From NCBI RefSeq assembly GCF_001194135.2, contig NC_069006.1, positions 15,197,840 through 15,254,172 of the forward strand: a stretch of 56,333 nt of DNA. Direction: 5' to 3'. The notes under the pieces are model-generated. The model worked only from the letters and a program-made list of their open reading frames with translations, was not told where the DNA came from and ran no database searches. Each line of letters starts with the position of its first letter. Within the stretch, counting starts at the first letter, position 1. This document shows, in pieces, positions 22,821 through 35,123 of this stretch. The DNA comes from Octopus bimaculoides (lineage: Eukaryota). A program made the position numbers and the translations under genes.

Positions 22821-23732
22821 TTATTATGTACCTTTACCCTAAGATAAATAAAGGCATTCATAACATTTTTGTACAACGTCTAAAACTAGTGGAAGGTCAG
22901 AAAAGATGAAAACGACCCACAGGTTATTTGAAACAACATATCATCGATATGATGGTTTACTCTTTGTCCGAGGCTTCACCGTGGGATTCGTGGATTGGAT
23001 TAGTTAAAACAGGTACGAAGCGTACTGGATGGCTGGTATGATAGTGAGTTTGATCCCGATGCGTGGAAGTTTGAGCAAGTGTTTTTGCCATAGTCTCAGG
23101 TTGACCAGATGGCAAATGAAAGTTCTATGGAAAGCCGTCGAATGGATTGTAGTTGTATTTCAAATGGTCAATCGTGTCTCACACTACGACAGTAATTTTA
23201 TTGTCTGTGATTTATATCAAGGGTACACGGGTCTGCGGAATATTCAGCAAGTATACTATAATTCAAGAAGAAAGTCGGAATACTAAGGATTCAAACTGGC
23301 AGCTATCCATTTGATGCTTTTTGTAGGTGAAACTAAATTTTTTAAAGATTAAAACACTTAAGATACAAGAACAAACATATTTAGATATGAAGTAAAAATA
23401 TATACATATATATATTCTAGGATTTTAGTAGTTACAGTAATTTTACGTTAACCCCGGATGTTCTGTCGAGAAATCAAAAGCTACATGGAAAAAGCCATAT
23501 AAAAAAAAAAGCTACATAAAAAAGCTCCTTGGTTTACAGATGAGGGAAAGCAAATTTGCTCATTGTTTATGAGTTGGGAGGCAGTTGTTAAGTGAGATGA
23601 AGATTAAAGAGTCAACGAAAGAACGTCAATGCGGTTGCTAGGTTAGATTCAAATAGCAACTGAACCTCCTTCAAATAATCCACGCTATTCTCCTGAAAAG
23701 GGGATTAACTGGACGACAAAGCAAACCTGAAT

Positions 23733-23847
23733 ATAGGCGCAGGAGTAGCTGTGTGATAAAACGTTTGCTTCCCAACCACATAGTCCTGGGTTCAGTCCCA
23801 TTTTGTGGCACCGTGGTTAAGTGTTTTCTACGACAGCCTCGGGCTAT
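23733..23847 (+). mobile_element. SINE family B 5' part
   Basis: ataggcgcaggagtagctgtgtg...ctgggttcagtccc...ggcacc...agcctcgggc. Confidence 0.8.
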
Positions 23848-23904
23848 AGTATACACAGATATGTACGTATGTATGTATGTATGTATGTATTTAATCATTT
23901 AAAT

Positions 23905-24013
23905 TCTTCCTCTGAAGAAGGAGGTGGTTTCTAACAAACATTCAAGGCTCCATTGTCAGAAAGTAGATAACGAAAACAATGTCACATTTTAAACCTGGAA
24001 AAAGTCTTGCATA
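23905..24013 (+). repeat. 109-bp dispersed repeat (second copy at 54492-54600)
   Basis: tcttcc...ggtttctaa...gctccat...gaaaacaatgtcacattttaaa...agtcttgcata occurs at both sites. Confidence 0.7.
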
Positions 24014-24496
24014 GTTTAACTGTGTGTGTATCGAGTAACTTTACATGAAGGAGTGAATCGTATAATTTCCTGTTAGCCAGACCTCCTCATGATCCCAAAC
24101 AAAAAGTGGCATAAAACGACTTGCTTTGAAATTAATCTTTGAAATTTACCAAGATTTCCTGACAGAAGGGATCGATATGGGAATCATCGCTTATTCTGTT
24201 TCGCTGTTGTTAGTGTTGTTATAATAACAAGTATTTCAGCGTTAATTTTGTATAAAACTAGAATCTGCAAGTTATTCTTTTATTTCGTTTCAGCTTGTAG
24301 AATGTGATTTAGTGAGATTAAGCTGTTCTTTATAACATAGGTAGAGATCGCACAGAAACGCCCTCGATGGTTGCTGTCTTATCACAAGCTGTAAAGCATG
24401 GCACTGTACGGTTGTATAGTAGCTGAGCTATTCAAAGAATTAGGAATAACTATGTATATTGAGTTACGCAGAAATCTTGACAAAGGATTTGGTCTA

Positions 24497-24745
24497 GGCT
24501 TGGCTGTGTGGTAAACGGTTTGTTTCCCAATCACATTGTTGTGTGTTCAGTCCTATTGCGTGGCACCTTTGGAAAATAGGCGCAGAAGTGGCTGTCTGGT
24601 AAGAACATTGCCTCCAAACCACATGGTTCCGGGTTCAGTCCCACTGCGTGGCACCTTCGGCAAGTGTCTTCTACTATAGCCTCGGGCCGACCAAAGCCTT
24701 GTGAGTGGCTTTGGTAGACGGAAACTGACAGAAGCCCGTCGTATA
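24497..24745 (+). mobile_element. Degraded family B head followed by a full family B SINE (24576-24745)
   Basis: Full copy: ataggcgcagaagtggctgtctggtaag...ggttccgggttcagtccc...caccttcggcaagtgtcttc (CORE-like)...ggtagacggaaactgacagaagcccgtcgtata. Confidence 0.9.
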
Positions 24746-24756
24746 AATATAATTAA

Positions 24757-24794
<38 letters not shown>

Positions 24795-25051
24795 NNNNNN
24801 NNNNNNNNNNNNNNNNNNNNNNNNNNNNNNNNNNNNNNNNNNNNNNNNNNNNNNNNNNNNNNNNNNNNNNNNNNNNNNNNNNNNNNNNNNNNNNNNNNNN
24901 NNNNNNNNNNNNNNNNNNNNNNNNNNNNNNNNNNNNNNNNNNNNNNNNNNNNNNNNNNNNNNNNNNNNNNNNNNNNNNNNNNNNNNNNNNNNNNNNNNNN
25001 NNNNNNNNNNNNNNNNNNNNNNNNNNNNNNNNNNNNNNNNNNNNNNNNNNN

Positions 25052-25273
25052 GCCCCCCTCTCTACGCCACAAATGTTATCCAAGGGAAAGGCAAAGGGGC
25101 CGATACACCTTGCCACCTGTGACGTCGCAACCCATTTCTACAGTTGAGTGAACTGGAGCAACGTGAAAGGAAGTGTTTTGCTAAAGAACACAACACACAG
25201 CCCGGACCGGGATTCGAACTCACAACCTCATGGACGTAAGCCCGGTGCTCTAATCACTGAGCCATGTGCCTTC
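25052..25273 (-). mobile_element. SINE family F (E-type head and core, different tail)
   Basis: Reverse complement reads gaaggcacatggctcagtgattagagc...gtgagttcgaatccc...gtgttcttt agcaaaacactt...cacgttgctccagttcactcaactg, followed by a distinct tail. Confidence 0.8.
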
Positions 25274-25276
25274 GCT

Positions 25277-25319
<43 letters not shown>

Positions 25320-25437
25320 GCGCGCGCACAAATATAACTGAACGCATGTATGTATATAAGTATACATACATATATATACACACACCTGTGCAAATAAATA
25401 AATAAATTTATGTGTGCGTGTTACCTACATACATATA

Positions 25438-25472
<35 letters not shown>

Positions 25473-25911
25473 GTAAACTCTTGTACATATATATGTATGT
25501 CTGTTTGCAGGTATGTATGTATTTATTTAATGGTGGTATGATTTATGTGTTTTAGTACCAGGCCCATGGTTGTGTCTCAGTGCATTTTTATGGGTTCCTG
25601 TGATCGTGAGACTGCGTGATTTTCAGTGTGAAGAGAGCAGGAAAATTTAACTCTTCGTTTCAAGTGGGTTCTTCATCATTATAACAATTTTCTCTTCTTC
25701 TTTTACAATTACTATTTTTGCCTGATATTTAATGGCGTTTTTCGTTTGTTTTTTACGTTCAGTTATATTTCTTTATTTCTTCGTATTTCGTTCGATGAGT
25801 AACTTTAACATTACTTACCTTCCCATACCTGGTGTGTGAGTGCGTGCATGAGTGTGTGAGTGCGTGCATGAGTGTGTGTGTGATCGTGTGCCTGTGTTCG
25901 TGAGTTTATTC

Positions 25912-25942
<31 letters not shown>

Positions 25943-26066
25943 CGTGCGCAAACTACAATCTAGAACAATTTTCACCTCATTGAGCCCGAACTAAAATGTC
26001 AAGTACCCCCTCGGATCATTTCGCTGGAGTAACCCTTGCTCATTTTATAACCTCTATAAATTAAGT

Positions 26067-26114
<48 letters not shown>

Positions 26115-26532
26115 GACCACTGTACATACGTAAGTACTACAATGAAATTTTAATTGTTTGCTAATGCTAAAGCCAGGCGTCTATCTATAGGCACATTCTA
26201 TTTCTCTCTCATCTACACGCGCATATATATACATATATACATACACGTAAGTGTATATATACATTGCATATCAGCATAAAATATCAAATATGAGAGGAAC
26301 ACCAAACAATAAACCTGTCATAGTAAGGTAGTACTTCTGGAGTGAAGTGACTGATTGAACATTACTTTTTGTTGTTGTTGTTGTTGTTGAAGAACCAACT
26401 AGAAGTTAGAAGCTTTAGGTACATATACCTTTGTATGCTAGTGCGCATGCATGCATGTATGCATGTCTGTCTGTCTGTATGTATGTATGTATGTATTTAT
26501 GTATGCATGCATGTATATACATACAATGACAC

Positions 26533-26588
<56 letters not shown>

Positions 26589-26611
26589 ATGTATATACAA
26601 TATACTTATAC

Positions 26612-26883
26612 CAACAATTTACTTTCGGGATCAGATATATCTTCAGATCCAGATCCTTCCGAAACCAGACAACAATTCCACAGTCGAACCCCAGTCCACC
26701 TGGATATTTGTACGCTTCGTAGCGACCGAAAGAGGACTTGACGGCTCATAGTTGGCAAATATAGCTCTCACTGGCTACCACATCTATATCTAGTGACTTG
26801 AGGTCATTGAAAAAAAATGACCCGTTTTCCAAGGCGGCCCCCAGGGCACGTAAATTTTTACTACCTATTCTAATTAAGGCTAT
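26612..26883 (-). pseudogene. N-terminus of a Tx1/L1-type ORF2 APE endonuclease
   Basis: (ATA)ALIRIGSKNLRAL...NDLKSLDIDVVASE...GIVVWFRKDLD: about 90 codons, one stop. Matches the IGSLNVRGL...DV..IQET...GV motifs of APE endonucleases. Confidence 0.65.
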
Positions 26884-28912
26884 ACTAGACAGAAGGAGGA
26901 AAATGAGAAATGCCCAATCACCCTATTTCTCTGAAGAGACAGGTGCTCCATTCTACTTGTGGGCGTTTCAACAAGCAATTTTATATACAGTCTATCATTT
27001 ATTATCCCACGGAAATCTCCAGTTCCTTCGGAGTATTTTGCGTCAAGGAAGTGTATGTTCCGTGAGTCGTTTATATAATTTGTACAAACATCATTCAAAT
27101 TTCATGACTAGCTATCCAAATTATGTGACATTTCACATCAATTCTACGCCCTTCGGGGTCGAACTATTTATTTTGGCTGTAAATTTTAGGCTTAAGACTT
27201 CGACTTGTATGCCATGAACATACAATAATGTGCGTAAGACAGTTAGCTTCTAATCTGTATGTCGGGTTAGGAAGGAGCAAGCTGTGTCAAAAGAGAAACT
27301 AGGTCGGAACCGTACTAAGTCTTGTTCCCTACAATAAGACCACCCAAGTCCTTTAGTAAGTCAATACCTTTATCTATATCTATACTGCATATAAACTCTT
27401 AGCCCTTTTTCTCACGTTTAAGTTCTCGATATTCCTCTGTTTTATTATATAAGCTACGCCCCCACATATTTCGCACGCCATGTGTATGACGTGGTTTGTA
27501 TTAGAGGATAGGCCCTTGAGGCTAATAAAGAAAACAACCATTAATAATATAAGTATTATATACACCCGTTTTGTTATGACAATCATATATGATATCAATT
27601 TTCATTGTTTGACTCACAGCTTAGATTACATTGTGTATATGTGTGGTGTGTGTGCCTGTATATATATATATGTATATATATGCATATATGTATATGTATA
27701 TATGCATGTATGTGTGTATGTATGTTTGTTTGCAGCATGTATGTATATTAATACATATATTAATATATATATGTGTGTGTTTGTCTATTTCGATTTTCTC
27801 TAAAAACAGAACACATATTTATATTTAATTTTTATTTTTGTTGTTGATTTCTTTGCGATTTTCTTTGTGTTGTTTGCACAATATTACCATTTAACATTGA
27901 AATAAACCATTATCTTTCATAGCACATTATATACGCTGAATCTATCATTACGTATTGATCTGTATTTGTCACTTTCAATATTTTTCATATCAGCGAGGTA
28001 AGGTTATTTGATAATCTTGCATTTTTAGTTGCTTTCTAAGATTTTTTTTTGTCCTGTTTAATGTACTGTCTATTCTTCCGATGTTCATGAAAATATCGTT
28101 GTGTTTATCTGATTTTCGGGAAGAAATAAATGAATAAATAAAATATTCTTTTGTTTTGGAGTTTTGTTGTTATTGTTGTGTTAAAATATTTGTTTTGTTT
28201 CTAGCATTTTTTGACATTTATTTATTTATGATTTGCATTTCACAATACACGGGAATATATTATTAGGTATATGTGAAGAATATATACACGTGCATATATA
28301 CACATACATACGCATGCACACCTATCTCTCCCTTTATCTATCTCTTATCCTCTCTGTCTATATATACACACATATATGTATATACATGTATATATGCATA
28401 ATCTTTCACATATACATATATATATATATATTTATATATATATATATTTATAATGCATATAACTATATTATCTATCTATCTATCTATCTGTCTATCTATC
28501 TCTCATATATCTGTGTGTGTGTGTATCTATATATGTGTATTTATATATATGTATTAGTGTGTGTGGATGAATGGATATATATCTATATATGTATGACTGT
28601 TGGCATGTATGAATGCATACATATGTGTAAAATTGTGTAAACACATAAATATATGCAGAGGGAGCTATGATCTAAGTTTTAAATTATCAAACTATGTACA
28701 TTTATAAGCATTTCTGTGAATGGCATCAAGCTATATATATATGTGTGTGTGTGCGTGTGTATGTGAGTGTCTGTGTGTGCTTATATGTATAAGACTCATA
28801 TGTATATGTGTGCCTTAATACACAGAGAATACACATACATACATGTGTATAATATCCAAATATAGATTGATAGATAGACGTGTGCGTATTGAATATATGT
28901 TATTTGTGTGCA

Positions 28913-29068
28913 TAAAATATGAAAGTAGGCGTGCCTATACTACATCAAACCCCTCTTATTATACACTCAACAATTTAATATAACAGCAAGTGGAGAATGA
29001 TATTCAAGTCCGCGAAAGCCATTGTCTCGAAGAATTCTCTTTTGGTTACTTATATACACTTAATGCAA

Positions 29069-29116
<48 letters not shown>

Positions 29117-29199
29117 TGTATACATATAGAGACAAATATATTTATGCATAGAACATACATGATTAGATACGCACACATTCATACATTCGAATATACATT

Positions 29200-29246
<47 letters not shown>

Positions 29247-29436
29247 CTGTGTGTATTCGTATATTTTTCTTTATATGTATGTATATATATATATATATAT
29301 GAAGAACAGAGAATTCTGCTAGACAATGGTGTTTTTGAGTTGGATATCATTCACTCCAGTTGCTCACGTATTAAATTGCAGTGTGTATAATGAAATGGGT
29401 TTGATGTAGAATAAACACGCCTACTTTCATATTTTA
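28913..29436. mobile_element. Fold-back/MITE-like element: about 128-bp inverted arms around a microsatellite spacer
   Basis: 28913-29040 is the reverse complement of 29308-29436 at roughly 75-80% identity by eye; TA at both outer ends. Confidence 0.8.
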
Positions 29437-29590
29437 CATGCACCCATCAATGTGTCAATCTGTATGATATATGGATATACATACATAAACACATAGATAG
29501 ATATATACATTCCTACGTTCATACATAGACATACATATATGCATGCATATATATATATATATGTATATGCGAGTACTTGTGTGTGTGTGT

Positions 29591-29630
<40 letters not shown>

Positions 29631-29635
<5 letters not shown>

Positions 29636-30089
29636 CATCCATTATTGCCTCTTTAAATAGGAATAAAATAAATAAGTTAAAGATATGCGAATGTACGCCA
29701 CAGGGAAACCCTGTTTCAAATAAAACCAACTGTAAACCACACGACGGTGGTGGAACGGGCTCTTCATTCCCTCGGATTATGCCTAAATCCGGGAATGAAA
29801 TAAGTGGAATGCTGGATAAGAATAAATTTCTGAGGGTGGTTAATAATGTTGGAAATGACTTTAAGGGTGGCCGTAAAAAATTATGTAATTGTAGGGACCT
29901 TTCTTTATGTCCTCTCGGCGGACTTTGTTTATCCACAAACGTAGTGTATAAATGTGTAGTTAGAGACGAGGACAAACAAAATAAGTTTTATATTGGAAGT
30001 TCAGTGAATTTTAAAGCCAGGTATAGGGTGCACATGAGTTCCTTTTCTAATGAGAAATATTATAATTCCACAACACTCGCCTCTTACCT
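29631..30089 (+). pseudogene. Penelope-like linker + GIY-YIG endonuclease fragment, open frame
   Basis: SIIASLN...CNCRDLSLCPLGGLCLSTNVVYKCVV...FYIGSSVNFKARYRVHMSSFSNEKYYNSTTLASY. Bounded by (TA)n and an N gap. Confidence 0.85.
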
Positions 30090-31346
30090 NNNNNNNNNNN
30101 NNNNNNNNNNNNNNNNNNNNNNNNNNNNNNNNNNNNNNNNNNNNNNNNNNNNNNNNNNNNNNNNNNNNNNNNNNNNNNNNNGAACAAAAATAATAGTATT
30201 AGTAGTGGTAATAATGGTAGTAATGGTGATAGTAATGGTAATGATAGAAGTAAATAAATAATTGATATTAAAATGATAATAAAAATATGGATACAATGGT
30301 AGTATTTATTTTTTTATCATGGTTTACGTTGGATTTGAAACCTAATAGGTTTGGTTACCAAACCTGCCTGACTATTCTAAAGGGTATACTAATAATTAGA
30401 TTTTTTTCTTGTTTCTTTTTTTTTTTTTTTGGTCTAATCCATATTATTTATTTAAGCTTGCTCTCATAATTATATTCTTTTTGACTGGTGACTTCGTTGA
30501 TGTCTGTGTGTCTTTTCTCACAATTTGTGCTCTATTGTGCCCTAAATACGGTGATATACCCCCGAAATAGCCATAGGTGTTCTGTGTTTGTGTTCCACCT
30601 ATACTCGTAATCCACTGTAAATGATGTTTATNNNNNNNNNNCCATAGGTGTTCTGTGTTTGTGTTCCACCTATACTCGTAATCCACTGTAAATGATGTTT
30701 ATGGTTTGACTTTACTGATGTTACCTGCGGAATGGTGAAACTTGGATTTTACTTCGCCACACTTTGGATGGTCTGTTGTCCTGTTGTTGTTTTGTCCCGT
30801 GCGCTTCGGTATTCTTGTTTATGAAATTGGATTTTACCTACGAAATTTGCTGTCATGAGGCAGGTAGTTGAACTTTCGTACTATTTATCTTGAACTTCTT
30901 TTATTGGCCTCAGCGAATGAACTGTTGTGCTACGTCTCCCTATGTATTATTTTTTTTCTCTATATTTTTTCTATATATATTTTTATTCTACTGTATTTGT
31001 ACCAGTCTCTAATATTTTTAATCGCTGTTTATTTATTTATATTATTCTATTGCATTTTTAATCGATTTTTCTTTTTATGTATAAAATTTTGACCTCCCTT
31101 TACTAATTTGGTTTTCGTGGTCTATGTTGTACTTCTTATATGTGGTCATTGGTGGGCTACGGCTTTTCGAGTCGATGACCCAAACGGTTTTATTTTGCAA
31201 TTAACTTTGTACCTATGTCTCAACTAGTTTGAGCACATCTTTTACAGCCTTGTATAAATTCCTGGTTTTCTAATACAAAACTGTTAATATTGAATAATTA
31301 TATATATAGAGAGAGAGATAGATAGATAGATAGATAGATATATACA

Positions 31347-31740
31347 TACAGGGTGCGAGGAGTATTTGAGGACAATTTTGGTATGCAATTTGTGCAATTA
31401 TTCTTGATAATAATTTTTAAGCAAATTATTCTATGAAACCGCCTTCAGCTTCGGTGACTGTTTCAATGTAAGACCGAAACTTCTGGCAATATCTGACATT
31501 AACCACTTCGAGGTGATATTCACTGTTCTAATGCAGCAGCTAGTTTCAATCAAGAAAGTTGTGGGTCAAATGTGGTTTCATGTAGATCTCCAAATAGAAC
31601 GAAACTGAGATTAGGCGATGAGCTGCATAATCTGTTTCAAAGAGAAATGGGTCGACCGACCGTCGTGCTTAAACCCAGTCCATATCTGAATAAACTTTAG
31701 TGCTCTTCCACTTTTTGTAGAAGCAACGTATTCCATTTGT
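31347..31740 (-). mobile_element. Tc1/mariner-superfamily transposase 3' remnant with a terminal TACAGGGTG
   Basis: Minus strand reads GFKHDG..H, a degenerate SPDL region, and CQKFRSYIETVTEAEGGFIE* (typical C-terminus). Confidence 0.55.
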
Positions 31741-31963
31741 CCGGCGCTCCATTTGCATTCAACACCCATTCCGTGGTTGATGGGCATGCCGTGACTGATG
31801 AGTATTTTCTTCTGTCAGAGACTTCATTATCCATTTTCTTGATTTTCTTGTTTTATTGCTTTCATGTATATATGTAATTTCCCACTGTCTTTTGTCTTTC
31901 AGTTGTCCTAAACGTTTTATCGTTCCTTGTGGCCATTGAAGTATCATCATTATTGTTGTCGTG

Positions 31964-32015
31964 CCCAGCGTGGTCGACTTTGCCTTTAATCCTTTCGGGG
32001 TCGATAAATTAACCA
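31964..32015 (+). mobile_element. SINE family A central-domain fragment
   Basis: ggtcgactttgcctttaatcctttcggggtcgataaattaa. Confidence 0.7.
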
Positions 32016-32557
32016 AAGGATTACATTTACGGGATTACTATATGAATGGACCACAACAGGTAAGATTTTTTATTACTATTGTTATTGTATTATTTCAATG
32101 TTCAAGATTACTTACTTGGGTATTTGGGCTATATTTTCTATATTTGATCATTGTTGATACATATTCCTTTTCCATCTAGTTTGTATTAACTTTAAAATAT
32201 TTTAATTCCTTTAAAAAAATAATTGTTGGTAAAATACAACCAAACATTCCAATTACAATGACAACATTGTTGGAGATTTAATAGTTTTTTTAATTTTAGC
32301 TCTCAATAATTCCAGTTTCTCATGCACATTACAACAGGAGGTTTTACACCCTAAACTTCACAGAAAACATGACATTCCACACGCTGCCAGACATGCATGT
32401 GGTTTTCAATCCTAATGTGGCTACCACACAAACCCACGTCCGTATATAATTCGAACCACAAATATGACAGAAACTTCAGGATTTTCACCTTTTTTTGCAA
32501 ACCGGCCATTATTAAGTAATTTACGTACACCATCACTAATTTCTTTAGGCGCATACA

Positions 32558-32781
32558 TACAAATGGGTGCTGAAAAGTTCCTGGTATTAAGGGTATTGCG
32601 AAAGGCCTGGCTGGAGGCCCATCCTTCCGAGTTCTTTTACAGGACTTACAAAATCTGAAGGACCGTTGTAATAAGTGTGTGAATCTGAGAGGGAAATATG
32701 TTGAATAAAATCAAAATTAACTGATCCCCCTACATCTTCTTTAACGCAAACCGGGAATTTTTCAACCCCCCCCCCCTCGTA
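32558..32781 (+). mobile_element. Mariner-derived MITE
   Basis: Imperfect TIRs TACAAATGGGTGCTGAAAAGTTCCTGG / CCGGGAATTTTTCAACCCC..CTCGTA with TA ends. Internal LKDRCNKCVNLRGKYVE* matches a mariner transposase C-terminus. Confidence 0.8.
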
Positions 32782-33147
32782 TATATCAATCATTGTTTAT
32801 TGTCTTTTAGTAAGGCTCTCCACGGCTGACGTCTAAAATTTGCGTTTTGTTCTATGAGTATCAAACTGTACATTTTATTCTTCCACTCGTATTTTTGGTT
32901 GAGTGTTTTCGTTTTGTGTTTCTTTAGCTCTTTTAGTGTTAAGTGCTGTAAAATAATTATGCTTGGTAGCTATTTTGTATGTGAAAATGCAGCGCGTGCA
33001 AATATATTATTTAAACCTTCAGAAACAAATCATTAGATTCCTTTTCACAAGTTCTCCAAAAAATGTATATAATTTAGCAAATAGCCCCCAAAAGGTTGTA
33101 TTTCGAGGATAAAAACAAATATGAATTTTCATAGTTCGAAGAAAAAA

Positions 33148-33330
33148 TAATAATAATAATAATGATGGTAATAATAATGATGATGATAATAATAATAATA
33201 ATAATAGTAAAAATAATAATGATAATAATAATAATAATAATAATATTAGTGATGATGATAATAATAATAGTAATGGTAATGATAATACTACTAATAATAA
33301 TAATATTGATAATAATAATAATAATAACAG
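33148..33330. repeat. (AAT/GAT)n degenerate microsatellite
   Basis: Direct reading; explains the poly-Leu ORF 33019..33558. Confidence 0.9.
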
Positions 33331-33698
33331 ACTATTAATCTCCCAACTTAAAATCATTGAGGATCGATAGATCAACAGGAAAGTATAGTGAGCGGCAGTA
33401 TATGTGATTGGTTTTATGCGTCTGTGTAAAAGTTTCCGGTATGGATGTGTCTGCGTGTGTATGTGTGTGTGCGTGTACGTGTGTGTGTGTGTGTGTGTAT
33501 CGATATGATTGCTACGTGTAAAGTTGGTGGTGGTGATGGAGGTGGTATATATCATCACATTTCTCCTTACTAACGCTTGTTCAATGTTTAATGGACAGTT
33601 TTAATATTAATTCAGGGCGAAATTTCTTCAACAATTACCTCCTCCCCTCCACACACACACACACACACATAAACACGCGCACAAACACACACACACAC

Positions 33699-33791
<93 letters not shown>

Positions 33792-34425
33792 TAAGAGATG
33801 CGCTTACGTACATACATTCATATCAGTACACATAAGCAAATATATTTTTAAATATATACATATGTGTGTCTTTGTGTTCGTGTGTGTGTGTGTGTGTGTG
33901 TGTGTAATTTCTAAACGTACATAAAACACAGAATGATGTATTAATCGACTGAGCTACCTCTGATACTCTCCACCTTACAGCATAATTTTATAAATGCTTA
34001 TAACGCATACATATGTCGGTGTGTGTGTGTATGCGTGTGTGTACGTGTGCGTGTGTGTGTTTGTGTGTGTGCTTTGAAGATGTGTGGTTGAGTGTTTAAG
34101 GCGTTCGGTTCACAATCACTATGACACGAGTTCAGTTTCTGGAAGAAGCAGTGCGTTATGACCATAAGGAAGGCACTTCCTTTTACGGTGTTTAAGATAT
34201 ATAACAGCTGGATACACAGCTTGATCAATAATGAAAAGACCAAGAGTATAGCTATGTCTATGTCTGTGCTAATTATCGAGATGATGTTGATGACGAATGT
34301 CATTATTGTGCTGTTGGTAAGCCTGTTAGTAATAGTGGCACTGGCTGCGGTAGTTTGGTAGTAATAGTACTGGTGATTGAGATGAATTTGTTGGTTGGTT
34401 CTATGACACTAGGATTAGTTATAGA

Positions 34426-34698
34426 TACGGTGCGTAATCTTCAAGTTTAGGGGGATAATAAAAATAAATAAAAATATTCAAGGGAAGTAACTGAACGTCT
34501 TAACAGTTTTCTCCGTACATCTCTGTTTATAAATAAATCACACACGTGATTTGATTGACGTTAGGGTTAGGATTAGGGTTAGGGTGTGATTTATTTATAA
34601 ACAGCTAGAAGAAAACGGATAATACTGGTAAGTCGTTCAGTTATTTCCCTTGAATATTTTTATTTATTTTTTTATCCCCCTAAACTTGAAGATTACCG
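34426..34698. mobile_element. Palindromic MITE-like element with a TTAGGG-repeat loop
   Basis: Arms 34434-34543 and 34584-34696 are reverse complements (about 110 bp, roughly 85-90% identity). The 40-nt loop contains TTAGGGTTAGGATTAGGGTTAGG(G). Confidence 0.85.
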
Positions 34699-35088
34699 AT
34701 GCGGTGTCTCTAGCTTTGGTTACGAGTTTGATCAGACTTATGCCGACCTATGCAAGGTTCGTTATATTTTTTCGAAAAGACCGGTAGTTGCCTTTTAATG
34801 CAAACCACACCTCTTAGCGTCAAGGATATCGCGCAAGAGAAAGGAAAACTGATACAGCTTGACAATCGTGTCATCGGTAGCAGTGAAACATGGGAATGAT
34901 TGCGAAAATGGGGATAATAATAAAAAGTATAATGATGGCAGCGGTGGAAACTGTGGTAGCGACGACCTTGGTGGCAACGACGGCGGTGGCGACGATGACG
35001 ACAATGATGATGATGATTGATGTAATATTATACAATTCTTCATAAAAATCCTTGAAACTTTTTCTAGAATGAACGAGACGATCTAAAA

Positions 35089-35123
<35 letters not shown>

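Noticed and set aside
30571-30702. 61-bp perfect duplication around a 10-N gap (similar case at 8797-8864)
   Set aside because: Assembly artefact, not a CRISPR-like or biological repeat.
31146-31195. Possible decayed hammerhead downstream of the 29.6-kb PLE
   Set aside because: Needs too many changes in the core and stem II, and there is no stem I pairing.
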